A stretch of DNA of 64,000 nucleotides from a virus (taxonomy: Duplodnaviria; Caudoviricetes): the IMG/VR virus record IMGVR_UViG_3300037507_003370, positions 64,001 to 128,000 of that record. One strand, 5' to 3'. The notes beneath the pieces were generated by a model that saw only the letters and a program-made list of their open reading frames with translations, was not told where the DNA came from and did no database searches. Positions 45,119 through 53,685 of the stretch are shown here, one piece after another. Position 1 is the stretch's first letter. Each line of letters opens with the position of its first letter. Position numbers and translations under genes: made by a program.

Positions 45119-45832
45119 TCATTTCCATTCTTCTGTATAACCCAATAGATCAGAGGGGATCTGATCAATTGTTTGTTGGTATTTGGATAACTCTCTTATA
45201 ATAGAAACCCCGTCTTCATGCATCAAGCTTCTAACGTTATTAGGAAGATTCATATTTGATAAAAGATTAATAGGATTTATATTTAGTCTTTTTGACATTA
45301 CATCTATAAAATTTATCTGATTGTTGCTAATTTTCGACACAGAGTCTCCTGTAATATCATCTTCTATTGAATTGGCCAATTCTTCGGCAGCAACAACCTT
45401 CCTTAGCTTCAGCGCTCTCCTCAATGCTCTACCTTCTGCTCTTGTTTCTGCTACTGCCACTGGATGGTTCCTATAAACCTTATCGCAGTTACCCCAATAA
45501 ACGTCTGCTGCGCCATCTACAGTGATAGTATTTAAATCAGGTATGTCTGCATTAGCATCATTTAAATGATAGGTTATAGAGTGAACAACAGTTGCCCTTT
45601 TTTCGTTCGAAATATCGGGAGATTGAGCCACTTTGCTTTGAGATCTTATTAATCTACAATTTAATGCTATTTCGAATATTCTTCTTAAGCCATCCGTTGT
45701 AGGATTGCCATCTATTTTTTCATCATCGGACAATAATCCTAAGACATAATCATTCCACTCCAGATCATTAGGTGTGACTTTCTTGATCTCACCGGAAACA
45801 ATTTGTTCTTCTACTTTTTCCTTTTTAGGCAT
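45119..45832 (-). CDS. Putative ssDNA-annealing/recombination protein (Rad52/ERF-like fold, uncertain)
   Basis: VAETRAEGRALRRAL motif and a C-terminal ISNNQINFI helix, as seen in phage SSAPs. AGGAG SD before ATG at 45832. Confidence 0.4.
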   Translation of the reverse strand: MPKKEKVEEQIVSGEIKKVTPNDLEWNDYVLGLLSDDEKIDGNPTTDGLRRIFEIALNCRLIRSQSKVAQSPDISNEKRATVVHSITYHLNDANADIPDLNTITVDGAADVYWGNCDKVYRNHPVAVAETRAEGRALRRALKLRKVVAAEELANSIEDDITGDSVSKISNNQINFIDVMSKRLNINPINLLSNMNLPNNVRSLMHEDGVSIIRELSKYQQTIDQIPSDLLGYTEEWK

Positions 45833-46634
45833 TGTCATCTCCTATTTCTATATAAGTTTCTTTATCGTTTTTAATTTTACTAATGGCTCTTATGAGATTA
45901 TCGTAAACAATATTGGCTCTTGTTTTAGAAAAATCTTTTGTTTGCTTTATCCTTATCAAAGATATTCCTTTACCAGCCAATAACCCAGTCTTCTTTGCAT
46001 CATATCCCTTGTTTCTTTTTAGGGACTCCTCGCCCCAAACAGGCTCAAAGTGAGATGGGCCATCAACCTCTATAGCTATGTTAAGAGTGGGAATAAAAAG
46101 GTCAATCTGTAATTTTGTATTTGACAGTATCTGTTCCTTGTGGAAACTAATAACATAGCCATCGTGTATTAATTTTTCTAGTAAGAATTTTTCAAGTTTG
46201 GAACCCTTCTTACTACTATCTCTTACTGCATTATTTGCCATCTTGATTATTTCTGATTTTTTATCATCGCTCATTTTATTCCATCGGTCCCTACTATTAT
46301 TTTTAATTTTAGAGACCTCTTCTTCTGTCATATCTTTCCATGTTTTATAAACACCAAGTCCTATTTTGTCTTTCACATCCTGAGTTCTGACTTTCCCTTT
46401 TGTTGGATGCTTATGCTTACCCGTATTCAAAGCATTCTTTTGAGCATCGCTTTTATTTCTTATATCTATATGAAATTTTTTAGCATCTCTTCTAATTTTG
46501 TTTGGATATGTATCATATTTTTTAGCTATGTCTATAAAAGACATTTTTTTGTTTACATACAGCTGTTCTATTATCTCTTTTTTTTTATTTTCATTATAAT
46601 TATCATAGCTTGATATATTCGAAGATTTTTTCAT
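45825..46634 (-). CDS. Vsr/DUF559-like endonuclease with HTH and NUMOD3-like DNA-binding repeats (putative free-standing homing endonuclease)
   Basis: SKLEK...IDLFIP.LNIAIEVDGPSH...D..K..LL..KG..LIRI nuclease core. N-terminal S..DIAKKY HTH and KGK.R..D.K.KI repeats. Confidence 0.75.
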   Translation of the reverse strand: MKKSSNISSYDNYNENKKKEIIEQLYVNKKMSFIDIAKKYDTYPNKIRRDAKKFHIDIRNKSDAQKNALNTGKHKHPTKGKVRTQDVKDKIGLGVYKTWKDMTEEEVSKIKNNSRDRWNKMSDDKKSEIIKMANNAVRDSSKKGSKLEKFLLEKLIHDGYVISFHKEQILSNTKLQIDLFIPTLNIAIEVDGPSHFEPVWGEESLKRNKGYDAKKTGLLAGKGISLIRIKQTKDFSKTRANIVYDNLIRAISKIKNDKETYIEIGDDNA

Positions 46635-47103
46635 AGTTGTTATTCTCTATTATTAGGGATTCTTTCCAGCATAAATCTAATATTTTTTTGTGTTCAATAT
46701 TATCTGTAACCAATAAACTATTATTGACATATAATTCTCTTAATCCAAAGTATTGAGATAGTTTTTCATAATCTGGATCGTTCACATCATGGTTAAAATT
46801 TACGTATTTTTGCCATTCTAATTCTAAAGGAAAAAAAATCTTATGACTAGTGACGCAGCTTTTTAGAAATAGCATAGAAGCTAGATCAAAAGCTATCATA
46901 GGACCTAAAAAGAATTTGGCTTCATTAAGATGTAAAACTCCAAATTTATTAATCATTGGACTATAATTAGAATACAAAGAATTAAAAACTACGCAATCCG
47001 AATAAGGAGTAGAAGAACTAATTCTATCAATTATATTTAGTATATTTTTGGATTTTTCATTCTCTTCTACAGATGGTACGACAAAGCCTATGCTATTTTT
47101 CAT
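46603..47103 (-). CDS. Hypothetical protein, weak GT-B N-terminal Rossmann-like pattern
   Basis: IGFVVP start and alpha/beta alternation. Coupled to neighbours in the glycosyltransferase cluster. Confidence 0.5.
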   Translation of the reverse strand: MKNSIGFVVPSVEENEKSKNILNIIDRISSSTPYSDCVVFNSLYSNYSPMINKFGVLHLNEAKFFLGPMIAFDLASMLFLKSCVTSHKIFFPLELEWQKYVNFNHDVNDPDYEKLSQYFGLRELYVNNSLLVTDNIEHKKILDLCWKESLIIENNNYEKIFEYIKL

Positions 47104-47888
47104 AATATATAATTCTCTAAAAGGTATTTATAAGAATGTTTTTTCATAATCTCTGGATTAATTGATATTGGATTATTTTTTATAGAATCAATACTACTCT
47201 CATTAATTTTTTGTTTTTTAACCATATTATTAGTTACCGTTGAAATTAGTGGAGTTTTAAAATACGCAGCGTATGCTATATAGTAATTATTCAGATCTAT
47301 ATATAGCTTGCTGGACCTTATCATTGACACAAATCTTACATCATCGACCATTCCTAGATTTTGAATATGATTTATATTTGGATTATTAAATAGTTTAATG
47401 TTTAAATTTGTATTGGGGGCGCAAATATTTTCAAGTTCTTCCGGTATATTTGAAATGCCCGAAATATCGGCTATTATATCAAGTCCATCATAAAGAGTTT
47501 TATCTGGTATGTTATTAACTAAATATTCACTATAGTAAGAATATAATTTAATTATTTTTGTTGCTTTTTTTGATTTTGGAATATCAGAATCTGCATTGAT
47601 TAATATTTTTATATTAAGTTCTAATAAGTCAGATATTAATTGAATATTATTTCCATCAATATAAAAAAGTATTTTATCTTTTATAGATCTATCTGAATTT
47701 TGAATAAAATCAATAACTTCTCTATTTATCATAGAACTAGAAAATATAATCTTTGTAATTTGATCTATATTAGCATATATAGTATCATATAACTTATTTG
47801 GAGAATATAAAGATACAGGATATTTATCTTTTAAATCATAAGTAAGATGTTTTAGAAATTTTTGTTCTATAGATTGTAATATAAACAT
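47100..47888 (-). CDS. Degenerate glycosyltransferase-like protein (CgeB/GT-B-like)
   Basis: IKLFNN...IQNLG......MIRSSKLYIDLNN.Y...AAYF.TP resembles the C-terminal GT-B half without a clear catalytic motif. Confidence 0.4.
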   Translation of the reverse strand: MFILQSIEQKFLKHLTYDLKDKYPVSLYSPNKLYDTIYANIDQITKIIFSSSMINREVIDFIQNSDRSIKDKILFYIDGNNIQLISDLLELNIKILINADSDIPKSKKATKIIKLYSYYSEYLVNNIPDKTLYDGLDIIADISGISNIPEELENICAPNTNLNIKLFNNPNINHIQNLGMVDDVRFVSMIRSSKLYIDLNNYYIAYAAYFKTPLISTVTNNMVKKQKINESSIDSIKNNPISINPEIMKKHSYKYLLENYIL

Positions 47889-47892
47889 ATGA

Positions 47893-48540
47893 TCATTTCA
47901 TGTTAATAATGTTTTGTACGCTATTGTATTTTAAATTATAAGACTCTGTTTTGCATAAATCAAATGATTCATTTAGTATTTCGAAAAGGAGCATATTCTT
48001 ATTGTTGTTCGTTATCTCAGTAAAAGTTTTCAAATGTTCTGGATGTATAATAAAAGACTCTGCCCAGTATGGTTCTAGATTATAGAAAACATACTCAACA
48101 TTATTATCTGTGATAGTACATCCTAGGCGAAAATTAATATTTTTATTAGTAACGAATACGACATTATTTTTTATAGTTTTTTTTATAGGAATTTTCCATA
48201 CAATACCGGAACTTAAAACTAAAGTTGGATACTCGTTATCTATATGATTTAATCCAAGATTTAGTGCATATGATTGTCCATATCTAGAATACTCTTCGTT
48301 ATATACTATCTCTGTACATTTTGGAAAGTTTATTTTTTTTCTTATTTTTTCAAAATCGAAACCAAGAACTATTATTAGTTTTTTTATTTGTTCAATATTA
48401 TTGATCAAAGAATTAATTTGATGATTTAATAAGAAGTCTGTTTTTTGATTAATCCTTATTGGTAAAAGACATTTAGACCCAAAAGATTTCATTCCTTTGG
48501 TAATTTCGTGAGATAGTAATATGACGTTATACTCACTCAT
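47893..48540 (-). CDS. LicC/MobA-like nucleotidyltransferase, degenerate
   Basis: VILLS...GMKSFGSKCLLPI...LLNHQINSL...IIVLGF..EKI...IVYNEEY...GQSYALNLGL. The canonical AAG.G.R is missing. Confidence 0.6.
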   Translation of the reverse strand: MSEYNVILLSHEITKGMKSFGSKCLLPIRINQKTDFLLNHQINSLINNIEQIKKLIIVLGFDFEKIRKKINFPKCTEIVYNEEYSRYGQSYALNLGLNHIDNEYPTLVLSSGIVWKIPIKKTIKNNVVFVTNKNINFRLGCTITDNNVEYVFYNLEPYWAESFIIHPEHLKTFTEITNNNKNMLLFEILNESFDLCKTESYNLKYNSVQNIINMK

Positions 48541-49058
48541 ATAGAAAATATGTCTCTATTTGTTTCTTTAATTTTTTCTAAAATATTTATTTGATTATTC
48601 TTATTGTATATCATAAAATTTGAGAAAGATGTTAGAAATCCATTATATTTATCTCCTTGTGGACTTATCGCACCAAAATCTTGGTTATTTGAATTTTTTA
48701 GTACTTCATCAATCTTAACGAAGTATTCTGAAGACACTTCTTTAATGTTTTCAAACACTACATAATGTGTTGTATCATGTTTTTTCTTATTGGTATCAAG
48801 CACAACATCAATTGATTCTTCTAGAGGATAATCTTCTAACATTATATCATGTAATTTCCATGGATATTTTATCTCTTCATCTTGTAATTCCTGAAGATAC
48901 GTGAAGAGTTGCTGAAAATCATAGGCATATTCTGGCTTAAATAAAAAAGAACAACATCCTATACTAGCATCATAATTCAAACACTCTTTAATTTTTTCTG
49001 GAATAAATTCATCAACAAAAATCAAAAGATATATTTTATAACTTTTTGTTTCAAGCAT
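48537..49058 (-). CDS. Hypothetical protein, possibly a degenerate GT-A-fold protein
   Basis: Intact, coupled ORF in the glycosylation cluster. Fold call is weak. Confidence 0.45.
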   Translation of the reverse strand: MLETKSYKIYLLIFVDEFIPEKIKECLNYDASIGCCSFLFKPEYAYDFQQLFTYLQELQDEEIKYPWKLHDIMLEDYPLEESIDVVLDTNKKKHDTTHYVVFENIKEVSSEYFVKIDEVLKNSNNQDFGAISPQGDKYNGFLTSFSNFMIYNKNNQINILEKIKETNRDIFSI

Positions 49059-49476
49059 GTCTGATCATCTCCATTTTAATTAAAGAATCATCATATGTTA
49101 TATTCACTATCATTATAGTTTTTATATCATTGAGAGCATCTGTTATAGTCTTTTCTAAAAGCAAATTTTTTGTAAAAGTATTATCAAACAATATCTTATT
49201 CACTTGATCAATATTTATTTTATCTTGACAAATATCATTTATAACTTTTTCCGTATTCTTAAAAGAGAAGAACAATCTACCATTATTGATTTTAATTTTT
49301 TCAGAAAGAGCAAATATAAATGCAGAGATATCTTCTTTCCTTATGGTCTCTAATTCTGAAAACCAAAGAGAATCTATCGATCCTGATACTATTTCGTCAA
49401 TTTGCGAAATATGAACGTTTGATCCTTTGGAAAGTTTGTAGCTATCGGAAACATATAAATTGATTGTTTTATGCAT
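49051..49476 (-). CDS. Truncated class I SAM-methyltransferase-like protein
   Basis: IDEIVSGSIDSLW..ELE.I...I..F...L..KI...NGRLFF matches the post-motif-I half of Methyltransf_11-type proteins. No GxG motif. Confidence 0.4.
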   Translation of the reverse strand: MHKTINLYVSDSYKLSKGSNVHISQIDEIVSGSIDSLWFSELETIRKEDISAFIFALSEKIKINNGRLFFSFKNTEKVINDICQDKINIDQVNKILFDNTFTKNLLLEKTITDALNDIKTIMIVNITYDDSLIKMEMIRHA

Positions 49477-50371
49477 AATCGACCACCGTGTTGTTAGCGA
49501 GTGAAAATATCTCTGAGATATCAGATATAAAATTATGGTTATTTAAAATATTCTTATTTTTTTCTATATTCATTTTTCTAATAATTTGATCGTACTGAGT
49601 ATTTAATTGAGAAAACATTGACAATATAGAAGCTGTATCCGGAGTAAAAAATATACTCTGGTTATTAGAAGAGTTTTGATGAGGGGTTAAAGAGACAGCC
49701 CCAAAAAAATTTGCATATAAATAATTTGTGAACTTATGTTCATCAATATGTAGTATCATTTTAGCAGATTTGATCTTGTTCATTAAAGGATCATCAGAAT
49801 AATCAGAGCAATGATCGACATTCAATCCTTCTTTTTTTAGTTCGTTGATAATTGATTTAATCATTTCCGGATCCGTATCACTGTGCAGAACTAAAACATC
49901 AATATTCTTATTTAACTGCAACAGATCTACTTGTCCGAAAACCTGATCCAAATTAGGTATAGAATGAAATACATTTGGATGACCAATAGACTTTATTCCT
50001 TTATATGTTTCATTGTCTAAACATAATATGTATTCATATTTAGATATAGCTTTTTTAACAGCTTCATTCAAGTTCACAATTCTACCTTCAATAATTAAAA
50101 TCGTTGACACGCCATCTATCGATTTATCTCTTTCGTTATCAGATCCTAATGTTACATTAAAATTATAACCCAAATCATTACTTGATGGACCTATGTAGCA
50201 ACCATCCATTTTTGCTGGCCCCGACTTAATAGTAAATGAGTGGTTTGATTTTTCACAAATTAAGCTGAATAAATGATCAAAACATCCTCCAATAGCATTA
50301 TATGCTATATGATAAGAGTCTTTATAGCTACATCTTCTTATTGCATTTTTTACACTATATCCAATAAACAT
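49469..50371 (-). CDS. Glycosyltransferase-like protein (GT-B/CgeB-like, divergent)
   Basis: KNIDVLVL...IINELKKEGL.V......L..KIKSAKMIL....ANFFGAV.L resembles the GT-B C-terminal half. Confidence 0.45.
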   Translation of the reverse strand: MFIGYSVKNAIRRCSYKDSYHIAYNAIGGCFDHLFSLICEKSNHSFTIKSGPAKMDGCYIGPSSNDLGYNFNVTLGSDNERDKSIDGVSTILIIEGRIVNLNEAVKKAISKYEYILCLDNETYKGIKSIGHPNVFHSIPNLDQVFGQVDLLQLNKNIDVLVLHSDTDPEMIKSIINELKKEGLNVDHCSDYSDDPLMNKIKSAKMILHIDEHKFTNYLYANFFGAVSLTPHQNSSNNQSIFFTPDTASILSMFSQLNTQYDQIIRKMNIEKNKNILNNHNFISDISEIFSLANNTVVDYA

Positions 50372-51510
50372 AATTTTTTCCCTACTTCTTGATAGCTGAA
50401 TTGATTGGTCATTAGTTTTGATTGATCTGATTTATATTTTAATAATTCTTTATTGGTTTTATAAATCTCTATTGCGTTTCTTATGGTCTGTCTGATACTT
50501 AAAACAGAAGGACTCATACCCACCTCATATTCTGAATCATGATCTAGAAGTCCATTACCAGAATATTCTACTTGTTCTTCTATTGCTGGTATAATAAAAC
50601 CATTATCATTATTCACGTAATCTGTTGGTCCTGTATTTTCTACACATATTGGAATATTTCCAAATCTCATAGACTCAGCTAGTGGTCTACAAAAAGCTTC
50701 TCCTTTAGATGGACATACGAATATATCACAGTAATAGTGTAATTTTAAGATATCATATCTGCTGATATTTTCTGTAATCAGAAGCACTTTACTACCCAGC
50801 CCTTTATGAAATCTCAATGTAGATAATTCTTTTTCTAAAGATTTGATAAAAGAATCTTTTTTCTCGTCTGGAATATGAGAAGTTTTAATTACCAAAACAA
50901 CTTTTTCTCTTTCCATTATTTCTGACCTAAAAGCCTTAATCAAATTAATGATATTTTTTCTTTTAATAAAAGTACCAATAAAGTATAACTTGATATAATC
51001 TTTATATTTTGTATTTAATCCTACAAAATCCCTATTGTCTGTTTCTATAACAGATATCGCGCTATCTATTTCTTCACACGGTATTACTTGAGATATTGTA
51101 TGTATTGGTTTATGAACACCTGAGTCTACTAATGCTCTTTTTTCTATAGAGCTTGGTACACATATTTTATCAAGCTGATTAAGTGGTTGTATTATTCCAT
51201 AATTTTTGGTTAAATTATTAACTTCAAATACATTTATGCCGACATTAGAAGATGTTTTGTCGGTATAGATTGCTTGAGGAAGCACTTTTTGTATGATAGT
51301 ATCAAATTTTGTAATTGTCTCTGATTCTAGAATCCTAACATATTCTGGTATGTTTTGAGCAATTTCTTGAGAAAAGTATACTGGGTGAATTTTTAAACTA
51401 TAGTTTTTTTCATTACAAGCATATATTATAGAGTTAAGATATCCTAGAGAAGCATTTCCCCAGCCATCATTTTGCCTATATGGAGCTATGTACAAAATAT
51501 TTTTAGACAT
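50350..51510 (-). CDS. Family 4 (GT-B) glycosyltransferase
   Basis: LYFIGTFIKRKNIINLIKAF...CDIFVCPSKGEAFCRPLAESMRFG...TGPTDYV. Start set at ATG 51510 (MSKNILYIAPY). Confidence 0.85.
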   Translation of the reverse strand: MSKNILYIAPYRQNDGWGNASLGYLNSIIYACNEKNYSLKIHPVYFSQEIAQNIPEYVRILESETITKFDTIIQKVLPQAIYTDKTSSNVGINVFEVNNLTKNYGIIQPLNQLDKICVPSSIEKRALVDSGVHKPIHTISQVIPCEEIDSAISVIETDNRDFVGLNTKYKDYIKLYFIGTFIKRKNIINLIKAFRSEIMEREKVVLVIKTSHIPDEKKDSFIKSLEKELSTLRFHKGLGSKVLLITENISRYDILKLHYYCDIFVCPSKGEAFCRPLAESMRFGNIPICVENTGPTDYVNNDNGFIIPAIEEQVEYSGNGLLDHDSEYEVGMSPSVLSIRQTIRNAIEIYKTNKELLKYKSDQSKLMTNQFSYQEVGKKLCLLDIV

Positions 51511-53182
51511 TATTTTTTGTCCTGTCATTGGCGTAATTAATAAAATCTTCTGTTTTAACAGCATCTGGATTAGCCAAAGCATATTTAGTTAAATTACGAT
51601 TCTCTATATTTTTATTTAAGAAATTAATCATATCTTCAAAATGATAAGGCTTTGTATTTGTGAATCCTTCTATGATAAATCCATAATCACTATGTTTTAA
51701 TAGGGATAGATTTCTCATATTATATATATCTTCTTCATTTAGATTATTATAGCAAACATGCTTGAAAGCATTGAAAGACTGGTTAAAGTTAGAACTTAAA
51801 TTTTTATAATCTATAGGTTTTTTATAGTAAGCATTATTAGATCCTGTCCATGATTTTTTTGTAGGTTGGAGCATTAATGAATCAAAAACAGACTCCCATA
51901 AATTAGCAGCATTATCCCAGGTGTATTTATTTTCTGTTAATTCTCTAGTTAGTTTAGATTTTTGTTGTTTTTCTTCGTTAGACATGCTAAAAAATTCGAA
52001 TAAAGTTTTAACTAAAATTCCATTATTTGGATAGCATCTAAATGCTTCTGTTTCTAATTCCTTAAAATATCTATCGGGAGGAATGCTAAAAGCATTTAAG
52101 TTTTTTATAATATCTGTCATAGCGCTATAATCAACAGATGCTAAAGGAATACCACAAGCGGCAGCTTCAACTTGTGGCATTCCAAAACCTTCACATATAG
52201 CATATTGAACATAAATATCGAATACGTTATATATTAGAGATAGTTGTTCAGACGAAACACCGTCTGTAACCGCTGGGAATACTGCACTTTTTTGTTTGCA
52301 ATATGGGCAATACTTAACTACATGATTGAAAGTATGGGCATGTATTCCACGGCATTTTTTACAAAAATATGTAAATAATACTCTTTTTGCAACTTCGTTT
52401 TCTTTTAGTAGCGCCGGTATATTCCACCCAGCATCAGGATACGTTGTATGCACATACAAGTACAAATCCTTACCATCTGCAGAATTATTTTTTTGATAAG
52501 TATTAAGTAAAATCCTAAAGCTTTGGAAAAGATCTGGTAGTAGTTTCCTTTTTTGATTACGCATTACGGTGCCAATAATACGAGCATCAGTATTAATCCC
52601 CAACTGTTTCCTAGCAAGATTTTTTTCTATGGGCTTAAATATATCTAGATCTACTCCAGGAGAAGCAGATCCGCAATATTTAATAAGGTTATTTGTTTGT
52701 TCAGATAAAACATGACCTCCCCATTCGCTATAGGACAAAACAGCATCTGCATCCATATAAACATCAAGCCATTCTTCTTGTTGTGGATAAGAGTCAACAG
52801 TTGGCATAACAGCCCATCTATAATAGGGCCTTAGTGGAGAGTATCTCTGGTATGAATTCATCCAAAAATCTCTTATATCAAAAACTATATCTGGCTTAAA
52901 GTCGTATACAACCCTATCAAATCTCCATTTACCAAAAGCATTTTCTCCAGAACTTGAATATTCTTGAAATCTTGGATCTTCTTGATTGACAGCATTTGGA
53001 TAATATCTCCATGGTATTTCCTGATCTCTTGGATCTCCAGGCATGCCATAAGATGCAAATTCTGCTATCTCATATTTGTTTTTTGCATAGAGTCTTTTAA
53101 GAATTTCTCTAGCATATACAGAATAGCCAGAACTTAAAAAGCTGGCTTCAGAACACATTAAAATTTTTGGTTTGGTTGTCAT
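51503..53182 (-). CDS. Family 4 (GT-B) glycosyltransferase with CxxC...CxxC insertion
   Basis: GTVMRNQKRK..PDL...YNVFDIYVQYAICEGFGMPQVEAAACG.P...VDYSAM. Start set at ATG 53182. Confidence 0.88.
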   Translation of the reverse strand: MTTKPKILMCSEASFLSSGYSVYAREILKRLYAKNKYEIAEFASYGMPGDPRDQEIPWRYYPNAVNQEDPRFQEYSSSGENAFGKWRFDRVVYDFKPDIVFDIRDFWMNSYQRYSPLRPYYRWAVMPTVDSYPQQEEWLDVYMDADAVLSYSEWGGHVLSEQTNNLIKYCGSASPGVDLDIFKPIEKNLARKQLGINTDARIIGTVMRNQKRKLLPDLFQSFRILLNTYQKNNSADGKDLYLYVHTTYPDAGWNIPALLKENEVAKRVLFTYFCKKCRGIHAHTFNHVVKYCPYCKQKSAVFPAVTDGVSSEQLSLIYNVFDIYVQYAICEGFGMPQVEAAACGIPLASVDYSAMTDIIKNLNAFSIPPDRYFKELETEAFRCYPNNGILVKTLFEFFSMSNEEKQQKSKLTRELTENKYTWDNAANLWESVFDSLMLQPTKKSWTGSNNAYYKKPIDYKNLSSNFNQSFNAFKHVCYNNLNEEDIYNMRNLSLLKHSDYGFIIEGFTNTKPYHFEDMINFLNKNIENRNLTKYALANPDAVKTEDFINYANDRTKNNV

Positions 53183-53209
53183 AGATAGAATTTTTATTTT
53201 AGTAAACAA

Positions 53210-53238
53210 TATGGTCCACGCTCTTAACATGGACCATA
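53210..53238 (-). terminator. Probable intrinsic terminator downstream of ssb
   Basis: On the minus strand UAUGGUCCAUG-UUAAGAG-CGUGGACCAUA forms an 11-bp stem with one G-U pair, followed by UUGUUU. Confidence 0.6.
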
Positions 53239-53251
53239 CTGCTTACATTAT

Positions 53252-53620
53252 TCAGAAACTAACGGCTTCTGCTTGTTCTGATGGCTTCTTAGAAACTTTC
53301 GTTATCTTGGAAAAATTATTTACTCTAACCTTAAGAGTATTGTGCTTAACTCCATCCTTTTCCCAAGCATCGTTTCTTAGAGTGCCTTCTACTAATACTA
53401 AGTCGCCCTTTTTAAACGACGAAGCAATAATTTCTGCCCCACTATCCCAAGCTTCGCAAGAAATAAATGAGGTAATCTTATCCTTATTGCCATTTGCCCT
53501 ACTAAATTCCTTTGAAACAGCAACTGTAAAATTAACTACAGATGTCTGCTTATCTCCAGACCCTACTGTTCTAATCTCAGGATCTCTAGTTAGATTACCA
53601 CGCAAAATTACAAGATTCAT
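53252..53620 (-). CDS. ssb: Single-stranded DNA-binding protein
   Basis: MNLVILRGNLTRDPEIR...VVNFTVAV...FISCEAW...KKGDLVLVEG.LR...W. AAGGAG SD 7 nt before ATG at 53620. Confidence 0.95.
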   Translation of the reverse strand: MNLVILRGNLTRDPEIRTVGSGDKQTSVVNFTVAVSKEFSRANGNKDKITSFISCEAWDSGAEIIASSFKKGDLVLVEGTLRNDAWEKDGVKHNTLKVRVNNFSKITKVSKKPSEQAEAVSF

Positions 53621-53657
53621 AATCAATCTCCTTTTAAAGGGTCAAAAACTCTATACT

Positions 53658-53685
53658 ATTGTATCAGATGACACGAGTGTGTCAA
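53658..53685 (-). promoter_or_regulatory. Sigma70-type promoter for ssb (TTGACA-N16-TACAAT, extended -10) with overlapping inverted repeat TGACAC-N4-GTGTCA
   Basis: Minus strand reads TTGACA CACTCGTGTCATCTGA TACAAT. The -35 box overlaps the dnaE-C stop codon. Palindrome at 53669-53684. Confidence 0.7.
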
